From assembly GCA_964187785.1 (NCBI GenBank), contig OZ076409.1:32490001-32550000 (forward strand): a stretch of 60,000 nucleotides of DNA. The letters run 5' to 3'. The notes under the pieces were generated by a model. It ran no database searches, had not been told where the DNA came from, and was given only the letters and a program-made list of their open reading frames with translations. The stretch's first letter is position 1; every line of letters begins with the position of its first letter. Positions 40,756 to 53,134 of this stretch are shown here, one piece after another. This stretch comes from Amphiscolops sp. MND2022 (lineage: Eukaryota). The translations under genes and the position numbers were made by a program.

Positions 40756-41190
40756 AAATAATAATAATAAAATAAAATGACTTAGTTCATTTGTTCAGTC
40801 TTGTTACAAATACAGTATATAAATAAACAATAACTATGACCGAAAAAGACTTCCAAGGGCGCACAAGTTCGCTTGAAGAAAGCCGCCTTTTCTAAACAGC
40901 GTACAAGCAACAAAAACAAATTGACTAAAACGTTGAAAAATGTCTCTATGAAAAAGCACATCGTGATAAGAGACGAAAAAATTTCATTAAGAGTAATCTT
41001 GTAACCTTTTAAAGCGTTCCAACATGCTTGGTAATTTCAGCATTTTTAGACAATATGCTACGTGAGGACATGATTGCTTAGGTATACCTATAATAGATTG
41101 AGAAAACTCGGAAAAAAATTTCAAAGACGAATTATGTCTGGAAACTCGTATCTCGTACTCTTGGTAAACTAGTATTTATTTGAAGCTTCC
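40756..41190 (-). mobile_element. Possible 3' fragment of a CR1/L2-type LINE
   Basis: Degraded ORF end (..FVFVACT..), a short 3' UTR and a (TTA)n tail on the minus strand. Confidence 0.35.
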
Positions 41191-43377
41191 GCACGCCGGA
41201 TGACCAACTCTACTGGCCCCAGGAGTCTGCAGTGCTCACAGGGAGCAAGGATAGAAACTCCTGGGTACACTAACGCGGGATGTCACATGGACTTATCAGA
41301 ATGAAGCTTGTGCTTTTTAACATTGATGACGTCGTTTATTATCAAAAGCATATCGTTTTGATCATAACACTGTTAAATATGTAAGTAGCGTATCGGGGAT
41401 CACAGTCAAAACAAAAGAGATGTGATCAGTGAATTTCAGCAAAAAAATTGTTTCTCTTTTTTCCCAAATAAACAGAGACTACTCTATTCAAAGTTCATCG
41501 TTATTTTCCGCATGAAGAAATTTTCACGTCATACTTAGACATTTCTATTTAGTGCAACCAGTTGTTTACACGTAACGTGTAATAATGCTGATAAAAGGAA
41601 TTATCAATCATGGATTTCCTTAGATGCTTTGCAAAGAAGATAACCGGGGTAGCTGAGTTGCCATGACTACGTTGCAAAACATAAATTTTCCGGTCATAAG
41701 AAGCTGTCAAAAAATGAGTTATGTAAATAAAAAGACAGTAAAGAAAATACAAGAAAAAAACAGATACGAACAAGAAAACTCGTACTTTTTGGTGGATGAT
41801 AAAAAGCTTTTCATCCTTTTTTAAAACGCAAGTTACACACAAAAGATAATTGCATTTTACTTTTGACCGTATTTTTGAGTTTAGTGAATTTATTTGGCCA
41901 CCATCTAGAGATGCTACTTATGAATGCTGATACCAGATGCATGAGCTTTGCAATAGACAACCCTCGGGAAAATGCTCTTAACACTTGAAGAATATTTTTT
42001 GGTTGTTTTGCCGTCGTAGAGCCGACCATTAGGACAATGTAATCTATTTCCCCCCAAACTGTGGCGGGGGAAAAAAAGATCGAAGGTTCAAATACCATTA
42101 TGTCGACATAGTTTGCGTTGAAAGTTTGGTCCAATAAAATAATTGATGTCGACATAATCTTATCAATTACATTTGTTATACGGTTCATCCGTCAATCAAG
42201 AAACTGACCTCTACCGAACTTCGGTGATAGACATACCTGTCTACTGTTTACAAACACTAGATGTAAAACTCCTACATCACTTTATGTTATTGTTATATAG
42301 TGTACACTTGGGAAAAAGAGATAGTATTTTAGAAAACCTTATTCTTTTCTTAGAACTAGTTAGAAATACAACAACATTGACTGTCAGTTAAAAGTTGAAC
42401 CTTGCATTTTTTAGCGGACAAAATTTTGCGCTGAAATAGGGGCCTTTTTATACGATTTTAGCTTGTTCCAAATGTGAATTTCGCTATTTTGGACAATATC
42501 ATAAAGTTGTTATTTTTTTGCCTGAAGTGTTCAGTTGTAGAGACAATCCTCTAAGTATTTACATTCATATAATAAGTGGTAGTTGGATAATAACACTTGC
42601 TCTAATAACAATGTTTGCCTAATACCAACTGTGAGTGGATGCACCGGCTGCAGCTTTTGTCATTACGCAATACCGCTTAAAAACAACATTAACTATAGTC
42701 TGAGACTCAGACTTTATAAAGACAACTCAGAAAGGTGCACGGAGAGGGTTGTTTTTAGGCAATTACCACTGTAATATTATCTTATTAGTGAAAATTTTTA
42801 TTCAAGATCAAAATGTGCTTTCGTGATGGGGGGATATTCCCAACAAGGTGTACCTGGGGGGATAGATGACATGGTCCGACCATTAAAATACTGGCCAGAA
42901 ACTTCAAGCTAGAACTGAGGCAAAAGTTGAGGCAGTAACTCTAGCATGCACTGCCGCAGAATTACACAGTAGATGTTGCTTTCACTTCTAATCAGTGGTT
43001 GCTTAGAAGTAGAATGACCCATAATCCTTTCTCAAGTATTACGCTCACTCAAATAGCGCCCGCTGTTCAAAGTCTGGGAAAATGGATGAATGTTCTAAGC
43101 ATATTCTTTCCACTACGCCGAGTTTGCAACCATGGTAAGATAGTAACAGTTTCGACTCGGCGCTGCATGGATTGGCAGAGCCAACGTGGTGGCATATGCT
43201 ATGGCGCTACTTTCTCTTCGTATTTCGCAAATGAAGCTTGAAATATGGCGCGCGTGTGCACACCTTTTAATTCTTCACGCAGTGGATGTGAAAAATTCTA
43301 TCTGCTCAGAACAAATACCAGGACCGGCATCACCGCCATTGAGGGAGAAAAAAAATATGATTGCGAGAATGGGCAAG

Positions 43378-43423
43378 GTGTGTGTGTGTGTGTCGGTGTG
43401 TGTGTGTGTGTGTGTGTGTGTGT
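43378..43423. repeat. (TG)n microsatellite
   Basis: Seen directly, with one interruption. Confidence 0.95.
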
Positions 43424-43572
43424 ATTTGGAAGGAGTCTTAGTACATGTGCTTGGTTTTAACGAAGTCGTAAGTTGCAATAAGTGAAATAACTGAATAGTT
43501 AGTATTTTTCACATGTGCAGGTGGTAGATGTGTCTGAGGGGAGACGGAGCCCTTCTCGGGTTAAGTAATAAC

Positions 43573-43603
43573 GGCTGAGCTGCTCAGCCACACAGTGACG
43601 TCA
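43573..43603. promoter_or_regulatory. Candidate bZIP regulatory module: 8-1-8 palindrome plus CRE/ATF site
   Basis: GGCTGAGC-T-GCTCAGCC (43573-43589) and TGACGTCA (43596-43603), followed by (CT)n and a non-TE UTR-like region leading to the host exon. Confidence 0.35.
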
Positions 43604-44286
43604 TTATTTGATTCCTTGTATTGATCTTCTTACCTGATTGTTGCCGTTTACAAAGACAGCCAATAATAACAGCAGGTTATTATAACACCACAAGGCGCAC
43701 CATGCACTAGCATGAAAGACCTTATCCTCTCTCTCTCTCTCTCGCTCAATTTCATTTTCTCGCTTCAATGCTCGCTAAGAAAAAAAAGAAAGAAAGAAAA
43801 GAAGACGAAAGTGCGATGTTGTTTGTTCGCTTCTCAAGTCCTACTCCTTCCTTTATTGTTTACCATCTAGCAACTAACTACTCTTTTGATTTTTTTGCCT
43901 TCGCTACCTTTTTAACAACCGATACAGAGCGGTAGCAGAAAAAAAGAGAAGAAAAATGGTTTGTAGCACTATTGCGGTTTTAATCAATAGCGTGGTTAGT
44001 TCTTCACGCCTTGCTCTAACTAACCTTTACCAGCTTTAACTAACTCTTGGAGCAGCAAAACAGCAATACACTTTTCTTGTGCTTCGTTTTGTATTTTTTA
44101 TCCCTCCCTGTCATAAATGTCAGTTGTGGAGAACAAATGTAAGAGCAACTCCAAACAATTTTCGCATTCTTGCGTTGCAATGACGGCGGTGGCTTAATTC
44201 AACACAATACTACACTGCTTTTGAGCAAGGGAATCTTAATCCGGGAAATACATCAAACTAGCAGCCGCTACATCCACGAACGAACC

Positions 44287-44307
44287 ATCATCATCATCAT
44301 CATCATC
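44287..44307. repeat. (CAT)n microsatellite
   Basis: About 7 units, seen directly. Confidence 0.9.
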
Positions 44308-45199
44308 AGCGGGGCAGAAACAGTCCCTCCAACGTACAGCTCTGATTACCTGCACCTCTGGACCATTGGACCGGACCGGACGGGATAGGACCACCGCATC
44401 TTTCGCCTGCACTCGGTAGCCGCTTGTATTGGACCAGAATCGAAACAAACGAAACTGCAGTCCTTCTCTCTTTTCTTCCTCTCCACATCCCGCGCTCCTC
44501 CAGTTGCTTGGTGCTCCAATTTCCATACTTGAGCCAGCCTAATTTGAATAATTTCCCGGCACTTCCCGGGCAGGCAATCAATACAAACACTTATTCCTCC
44601 ATTTCCTCTCACATCCGGAGAGAGCCAAAATACAAAAACTCCCGTCCCGTTTCCTTAAACAGTCCGCCAGTCGCCGCCACCACCACCACCGCGACCACTC
44701 TATACTGTATAGGCTGTACAGTGCTTTTGTGTGATTACTACAATATTTCTTAATACATTCATTTATTCTTTCATTCATTGGCTGTTCTTCTCATTTTTCA
44801 GCACTTTTTTCTTTCTATTTCAGAAAGTGGTTCTTTGCGATGCTCTACTCTCTCCCACATTTTCCTACCGTGTCTCTCTACAACTGCCAGAAAGGAGGTA
44901 ACATCAGAAATTAGCACGAGGCAGCCGCGTTTGACATATATCCCCAACCAAGACACGGTATCTGGAGTTTGAATCACGTATTTTTTATTTTTATTTGAAT
45001 CACCTGGTTGCATCTATTTATACAGTGTGATTCATAATTTACTGAAGACCGGTGGGCAACAGGCGAATATATTACCATCTATCATTGCGAACGTCTTTCC
45101 AAATTTGACGTGTTTTTTCCTGCTCCTCCTAGCTAACCGGTGTCTCGAGACCCGGTCCATCTGATCAATCTTGTGCACCTCCCTCCCTCTGGCTTAACC

Positions 45200-45318
45200 A
45201 TGGCAGCCATGCAACTCAAGAACTTCAACTGGGGGGGTCTGAAGAAGAGGCTGCTGCGGAAAAAGCCCATGAACGAAGTGGCCGAAGAAGCGCCTCTCAA
45301 CTCTTCTAAATTCAACAA
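45200..45318 (+). CDS. First coding exon of a probable cationic amino acid transporter (SLC7 CAT subfamily)
   Basis: Kozak AACCATGG. MAAMQLKNFNWGGLKKRLLRKKPMNEVAEEAPLNSSKFNK resembles CAT N-termini (LLRxKP... just before the xLxxxDL helix). Upstream acceptor CCTCCTAG at 45132 and phase-2 donor AA|GTTAGT at 45319. No downstream exon recognised. Confidence 0.6.
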
Positions 45319-45932
45319 GTTAGTTTTTGTCTGTTTCAATTATGTCCAACCTCGTTTTTGAGACAAACACTAATATGAAATTCTCATAACCTAAATTCTC
45401 GATTAACCTATTCTCAAATTAATTTAATCTTTTTTCTTTAATCTCAAATTGTAGAATTGCAAGGTTGAATATGAAACGTTGTTTTCTAGAGGTATCTTTC
45501 AAATATTTCTTGTTTGTAATCAAAGTTTGATTTCGATGAATTTTTCTAAATTCAAAAGTTTGAAAGAAGACAAAATCAAAGTTTTGACATATATCCTCAT
45601 AAAATTACCATAACCTCACAATGAAAAACATTCTGATCAAATAAACAGAAAAATACGGGAACTGATTCAATATCTGTTATCAGAAAATTTTTGGCTCCGT
45701 TGTTTCCATCCGAATCAGCATTTCGTGCATCATAACACGCTCGAGAAGTTCATGAGAAGAAACAGCCATGAGTATTTGACATGCAAAGATATAAGAAAAG
45801 CACGTTGAAAAAAAAATCAGCAAAACACATGTAATGGATAACAAGCATTTATAAGCAACCACTGACACAGTTTTTATCCTCAAATCTTGACATTTTCCCA
45901 AAAACTTGAATTTATTAGGCTTAACTTTATCA

Positions 45933-46035
45933 CTCTAGTTGAGATTGCTGGAACTTTTTACATGCAGCAAGCCTGTATCACATACGTAGGGTGATTTTTT
46001 AAATAAAACCTAGAAAATTCAGTAAGGTTCCTGTA
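45933..46035. mobile_element. Truncated MITE family 1 end
   Basis: CTCTAGTTGAGATTGCTGGAACTTTTTACATGC...TAAAACCTAGAAAATTCAG matches the left end of the copy at 48032. Confidence 0.7.
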
Positions 46036-47331
46036 GCTAATTTAGACTAATACTCTAAGTTAAGTATTGACAGCCATGACTTATTCTAGTTTTACAAAAT
46101 ATTTCTTTTTGAACGATTTAAACCTTTTCATTTTTAAAACATTGATGATTAATTTAGCCGGTATTTTTATGATTTTCAAAGGTGTGAACCTTTTAAATAG
46201 CAGCTTTTTGATTGAATTGATTGTTGACCAGCTAGCTACCTTGCTACCTTTGACTCGTAACAGTTGAGCATGCATAATTAATCTTCAGTTTTCCTCTTTT
46301 CATTTTTTGTACTCTTCGAGGAACTTTAAACAATTTTGACTGAGAAGCTCATTACTTTAAAGGTTCTCGAAAACAATGACTCCGTATTTTGTGCGGTATA
46401 TTTTTTTTTCGGTATTTTCGGTATTTTTGTTCTGTTGCGTAACTGAGTGACCGATTATGCCCTCGCGAAAGATTCCTTTGTTTTTCCACTTCAAAGCCCT
46501 TCATTTATCTTTAGTTTCGCCCCGGGCTCAAATAATTAGCAGCAGCGATAGAAGACAAGTGCAGAAAAATGATAACACATCTATTGATCAGATGGAAGAT
46601 GAAAAATTCTCTGCCATACCAGTATGGTCTTAGTCAGAGAAAACATCTGATTTTCTTGCACCGTCCAAAAGTTTGTCGAAAAAAATTCGGAAACAAAAAA
46701 TCTCAGTAACTAACGTAACACTGACAATTTAAGGTAACTAATGTGACACGATCATATTTTATATATAGTAAAGAAATTATGTGTTTATGCGTATGAAGAT
46801 TTGGAGCATTTTGGAATAAAGGTGAATAATCAGTGTATAATTTTTCACTTTAATTTTTGCCATTTCCGTGAAGTTTTTAACGTTTTCTTAGGTCTTTGTC
46901 GGCATGATAATCAACAAAGTTCAAGGACGAAAAATATTACACCTTGACATGCTGGGAAAAATCAGAAATTTATTCAACACTTTTCGAACCGGCGTTTTTA
47001 AGGACATGCTAACTGACAGGGAAGCAGGAATGAGTGCGTTGGGGTCTCGCACTAAACTGAATTTTTCAATGCTTGCAAAAGTAGACGGGAGGCCAAAGGG
47101 CAGAAACAGAGCGTTTTGCAAGCATAGGTGGCCACTTAGAGTTTTCGGCATCATGCCACTCACCGAAGTATTAAAAAATTTATAGTTCCCCGGGTCTTGA
47201 GAATGACTTCTTTGTTAATTTTTAAACTGATGTGGAACTCATGAGTTTTTCAATTTTTGTGGAAAAGACCTGCGATTTTGTCTGCTCTGTGCTACTTTTT
47301 TTCCGAAAAAAACTCATTTGGTGAAAAGGTA

Positions 47332-47839
47332 CCCCGTGCAAAACATGTGGAAACTATCCAAGATCTTGCATATTCTTACGTATTCCCGTTTAGTCTTGAA
47401 AACCTTGACAAGACCTTGTTTATTCTTGCTTCAGACGAACCTCTTGAATTCCTTGATATGAATCTTGATAAGAGTCTTATCAAGAGTGTCAAGAAAATGA
47501 ATAACATGCGGATAAAACAACAATTTTGTTTACAATTACTTTGCTGTTGTTCGCACTACAGGCTACACTGTCATTCTTCAAAGCCTTGCTTATATTACAA
47601 AGCAAAGTTTTATAATCAGGACGTGATAGCTTGGTTGGTAGCGGATCAAGACGCAGTTGGCGTCGGTTTTGGTTTGTTTTCAATTACTTTCGTAGTTTTT
47701 TCTTTTGAATTCTTGGCCAGACCTTGCAAGATCGTACGTATTCTTGGCGCTCTTGGTAAGAATCTTGCCAAGATTCTTGCTAAGGGTTTCACGAAAATGC
47801 AAGATCCTTATCAAGAGTTTCAAGAGTTTTCACACTGGC
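47332..47839. mobile_element. MITE family 2 (degenerate CCC-type TIRs, TA TSD)
   Basis: CCCCGTGCAAAAC ... GTTTTCACACTGGC flanked by TA/TA, with many subterminal CAAGA(A)TCTTG repeats. Confidence 0.6.
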
Positions 47840-48031
47840 TACCCCCTCACCTTCATAACTGATTTCGGCTGGAAAAAAGTTTCGACCTGGCTCTTTCTGA
47901 ACCTTGAGCGGGGTGCTGACTTGACCCGTCCCTGCTTGTTAAAAAAGTGCCAAAAATGGAAAGTGCCAAATGAACCAAAACGTTCTTTCCACAAAGCACT
48001 CATTTTTGCTCCGGAACGAATTGACTTCCGT

Positions 48032-48581
48032 CCCTAGTTGAGACTGCCGGAACTTTTTACATGCTGCAGGCCTGCATGCAGGGTAATTTGTTATAAAACC
48101 TAGAAAATTCAGAAAGGTTCCGGTGGTAAATCTTGTAGAATTACACTGCATTGTCCACTACTGCAATCAAATTTGAAAATATTTCCGCCTTCTTTTACGG
48201 ACAAGATCACGTTGTATTCACACATTGCTTTCTCAAATACTCATCTGATTTAGTCACCGCTTCTCAAAGAGGACGCTGAAGATGAAGCTAGTTCGCTGTT
48301 TACATTGTGAAAGAATTTAGTTTGCATTGAAATGGCGGCAAAATTGTGAACGTCTCAGATGCATTTAAAATTAGAACTGATGCATAATAAAACTCGCAGA
48401 ACTTCACGGCTTGAAATTGCCGCCAAAATTTTGATGACTCTTTAAAGCAGCTTGATAAAAGTTGGCGACAACAGGGAAATATTAACGCATGAAAGTTTCC
48501 GTAAGATATTTAGATTATCATAATAAAAGTTGCTGGTAACATTAAAGTACATGTAAAAAGTTCAAGCATGCTCAACAAGGG
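48032..48581. mobile_element. MITE family 1, second full copy (opposite orientation)
   Basis: TIRs CCCTAGTTGAGACTGCCGGAACTTTTTACATG / CATGTAAAAAGTTCAAGCATGCTCAACAAGGG, GT on both flanks, also 550 bp. Confidence 0.85.
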
Positions 48582-49602
48582 GTTCTATCATTGCTAAATA
48601 CTTCCAACAACTATCATTTTCGATGAAACCACGGCATAAAAACCTCTAAAGACGTTGATGGAAAAGTTTGCATCTGAATTTCAGAAGTAACTGATTTCAA
48701 ATTTTGTAAATCTTGACCAAGTGCTCTCCATAGAAAAGCAAACCCGCAAATGGCACACAATTACTAAGAAAAAACGATAGAATAAGACCAAACAAAATGA
48801 TTTCCATTGTGAGCTCTAAAACGTGGAGGCAAAGTTCAGCTTTCCTATAGTAGGTGTATTTTGCAGTCATTCAGCAAAAAATATAATTTGAATTTTCATT
48901 GGAGGCTCGTTCACATGAGCAGCATCAATTGGTTGCCCCACCCAGTTGTAAATTTTTGACGAGGGGCGTGTCCTTTGGGCTGATTCGCGCGCAAATTAGT
49001 TAATGGTTAGTTATTTTCATGGTTAATTACTTCCCCAGTCATCATTCATGGAACCTATTTCACTTTTGTTGCCATTGCCGCGTTGAGTTTCTTTCAACGC
49101 CCTCAATGAGATTTCATAAATCACCAATTCTGAGATATGATTGAGAATGCTTTTGAAAATTGTAATTTAAAAAATTGGCGGAACTCAATTATAAAAGTAG
49201 AACAAAAAATGGCTTGGGTTTTTGAAATTATTACCTCAAAATTCAACGAAGAAGTTTGTTGTGCAAAATTCTATCATTATTTCAGTGTTGGAATTTGCTT
49301 TAAAATCCCTCAATGTTTTTTGAACTCGGGTATGCTGCATTAAGATGAAATTTTCTGGTTGATTATTTGATCATCAGTTACAGTCACGTCTAACTGCTTC
49401 CATGGTTTTGTGGACGTATCAGGCTGCCACCTGTTGGGACAAGGCAAGGCCTAATGATAAGGTTTGGGTGGCAAATAGAGTAATTTTCGGTAGAAAGCAT
49501 TCCTCGAGTACGACACAAATGCAAATATTGATCTAATTTAGAACCCTGTTCGCAATTCAAACCCAGATCGGAATTCATCCTGATAGGCGTGTGTCATAAA
49601 TC

Positions 49603-50554
49603 CCCTAAATTACAAAAATCACAACTCTTGTAAAGTTCTTGTAAGATCTTGTAAGAAAATGCATTTTTAGAATCTAACTCTTGCAAAATTCTTGCAAGAT
49701 TTCCATTTTTCTGCTCAGAATGTTACAAAAATTATATAAATCTGACAACTTTTTTGCATTTCCTGCCTCAAAAATTGAACAGCTGCAAAAGAAAACGATC
49801 TGTACGCGAAAAATGATACAATTGCCCATATTAGAGCATCTAGGTTTTCAATTATCGGAATGCCGTATTTGCATCATTAGCATTGTTTCATGTTATTGCT
49901 GTAAAGCTTTCGCTTACAACATTCCAGCCCTGCGTGGTGTCATTGCCTCTAAGAGAGCAATGTCCTCCATTCTCAGCAGTCTCCTGATTAGTTGAAATGG
50001 GCTGGGGAAGAAATAAAACCGATGGTTAACTTTTGCTTTCTCCATCACAGCAGCTGACTGCAGGTTCGGGTTAGAACCGTTAAAATGTCCTTGAAATGTA
50101 TTTTCATTTGGTATTATGTTCATATTCCTATCATCATTAGCTGAAGAGTTCTCGGAATTTTTGTCCGGAGTTTCATAGCTGGAATACGTTATAGTAATTT
50201 TTGGGGTAAAATTGCATGTAAATTCTTCTTGCTCAAAATTAACAATTTGGACTTTTTGCTGTGATCCTGGGACAGTTTGTGCATTGTAAGCGGCAACTGT
50301 GGCTGTTGTTGCAGGAAGTTTGATGATTTTTGAACTTTTGGTCGAATTACATCACATTTTTTCTAAGAATTTCTAACGAAAAAAATGCATTTTATGCAAA
50401 AATTTTATCAGAACCTTATAGTAAATGTTCGACATTGTAACAAATTTGGAAAATTTGCGATTCTTGTACAAACTTGTAAGATTCTTGTAAGAAATGCAAA
50501 GTTGACGAGCATTCGGAAGAATTTGGCAAGATTTGTGTTTCTTGTAACCTAGGG
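49603..50554. mobile_element. Non-autonomous CACTA-like element with an internal coding-like fragment
   Basis: TIRs CCCTAAATTACAAAAATCACAACTCTTG / CAAGATTTGTGTTTCTTGTAACCTAGGG, TC on both flanks, subterminal TCTTGTAAGA repeats. Confidence 0.8.
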
Positions 50555-51889
50555 TCGGTCACTTTTTCACAAAACGATCCGGTAAATCACAAAACAAGAA
50601 CTTCAAAATTCAAATCATAGTGTTTTTAACAACTAGATAAAAACTTAGTTTTGAAAAAAAAACAGAAAGATCATACATCAAAGGCAAAAACACGGATGGT
50701 TGTTAGGTTTGATTTGCGAGGACTAAAGTGGATTAATTAGGAGGAGAATGGTTTCCGAAGTAATCCAAAAACGACATTTACCTCTACTTCCGAACGAACA
50801 TTTCTCGAAGTTAAAACAAAATTTCAAAAATTAGCCACACGTGAATTAATCTGAAGGCAATTAAATTTCGAAAAAACCAATACTGAAGAAATCAAATAGG
50901 ATATTTCTAAGAGAAACGATTTGGTAAAATAAAAATGCAAACATAAGTGACGTGCTATTTTTAGTTTCACGTCTTGGATAAATAAAAAATCGAAACTGAG
51001 ATAAGCTGGTCTTCTCAAATGATTTCGCATATCAGTAGCTTCTCTATTTGAAACGAACTCATGGAATCAAACTCAAGAACAACAATTTTCAAGTTGTCCA
51101 GAAGTTACGTTTATCACTACTTTCGAAAAAAAGGTCTGGGAAAACATTTTTTGCAAACGACTTTTAAGTCAATCTAAATCTTATTAGTTTTTGATTGAAA
51201 AAATTACCAGAAAAATTACTGGGCGAAATGATATTGTCGAACGAACCAACACCAGTCACATTTATTCCGGCGAAAATAAAAAATTCCAGCGTTGATAAAT
51301 TTAAAGGAAACACACAATTGAATGGCATTTTTTACCTTCGACTCAGTATTTAAAAAACCAGACTACCGCTGCAAATTTTCCGCCCCAACCTGTTTCAGCT
51401 ACGACATACTGTTAAGGTGGGAGCATAGCCAGCGAAACATCTATCATCTATTTATCTGAAAAATGTGACACGTTCATATAATCCCTTTTTAGGAAAAAAC
51501 TTCCTGAAATAACTTCTCTAATTGCTTTGTTGTTGAACTTTCTGCAAGCTCATACCCACAAAAACATTCGAAATTGGTACAATTTTCGAAGAAAGCAGTT
51601 GAAATTTGAAAAATTTGAAACTTTTTAGCTCATTTTGTGTTTTTTTTTTGAAAAATGAAAACTCATATTCTGGTTTTACAAGTGTATGCTGAGCTGAGTA
51701 GTAAATAGTTTTGTAGTTGAAATATCTGGATACGCATGTGTGACATGCCAAGATCACACCACAGCAAAGAGCAGCTGCAGAGTTAAAAAAACTCAGAATT
51801 AATTACATTTAACTGCTCTATTAATGTTTATGTATTTATACATGTTCGCTGGATACTACATTTCCCAGGCGTCCGCCTCAATGATAACA

Positions 51890-53077
51890 CTATTTACCAT
51901 TCTAGTATAGGATGTGAGCCTAGCAAAGTTTTTTATGGCCGAATTTCCTATAATGTACTTGAAAACAAATTAGGAAATAATCCTAGGAAAAATTTCTTCC
52001 CGACAACTGAAATTGCGGAAGAAGTACAACAAAGAACACAAATCCTCATTGATCAAACGAAAAGGAATGTTATGCAGTCGTATTTAAAGTACAAAGAATA
52101 TTACGACCGTAAGGCCAAAGCAGCTACGCTACAAGAAGAAGACAATTGTTTTGTTTTTCAACCTGAAGCGGATAGCGAAGGCTCTAAAATACCATTCAGG
52201 GACTACAACGGGATGGGTCCCTTCATCGTACAAAATATTCTGCCAAACAAAAGCTATATAATGCGTGGTTTAAATACGAACAAAACGCAAGTTTCACACC
52301 GCATTAGATTCAAACAATTTGTCCCCAATGCCCCACTAGAGGGCAAATATAAAGAACAAAAATTACAGCCTGACGAGAGATAGACCGCAAGATGATCTGT
52401 ATACCATTTCATGGGAAGCGGACTTCGAGTACGAGGTGTTTGAGCCGTGAAAAAAAATTGGACGGACGCGGCCATGCGTCTGCCGAAGGACGCCACGAAC
52501 GGTGGAGTGGACTATTACGTTACCGAAGATGATGGCTGCAGCACGAACCATGATGAACGCAGCAGCAATAAAGGGAATGAGAGTGTAGTCATCGGGAATT
52601 AAATAAGGCCGAGACCGGCCAACAGCCGAGAAGTGATGTCCCCGCCGAATGAATCGCCTAGTGAGACAGAAAATGAAAATGACGTCACTAATGATTTAGA
52701 AAATACGGAAATTGCTTCCAATGGAGGCGCAGATATTACCGTGCCCTGAATATCAGAAAATGAAAAAACTGAAGAAAGTTCTAGCCGTAGAGGAGGAAAA
52801 TATAATCTTCGGCCTAACCGTAACGCCAACTATACTGATGAATACAGATATTAGATAGACATGTAAATTAATGACACGATAGTCATTTGGATTGACTGAC
52901 GATCTTTTTTTTGGGACTACACTGACTATGAAATTATATACAAAAATTGCGACAACGAACCCGCTGATGGGTAACATAACAAAAGACCACTACTGGAGAA
53001 TAAACAGATGTACATGCAGTTCAACGTTCACACACAAAAAAAACAAACAAACTAAAAGACAAATGTACATAATGTAA
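51890..53077 (+). mobile_element. Gypsy integrase C-terminal fragment related to the 21.8-26.8 kb element
   Basis: YHSSIGCEPSKVFYGRISYNVLENKLG, MQSYLKYKEYYDRKAKA, GPFIVQ (GPY/F motif) and RGGKYNLRPNRNANYTDEYRY*. Confidence 0.85.
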
Positions 53078-53134
53078 ATTAAAATTTAGTGTCGTCTTGC
53101 GTTGTCTCCCGATAAGGCTTGTCTTCTCTTGCAA

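Noticed and set aside
41218..41265. Hammerhead ribozyme (GUC and GAAAC closing a perfect stem III)
   Set aside because: The catalytic CUGANGA core and proper stems I and II are absent.
43186..44778. Overlapping short ORFs with CV, TH, I or D runs
   Set aside because: These are translations of (TG)n and (CAT)n microsatellites and UTR-like sequence.
47257..47862. 201-aa ORF
   Set aside because: Coincides with a MITE made of CAAGA/TCTTG subterminal repeats, lacks an ATG start and has no recognisable domain.
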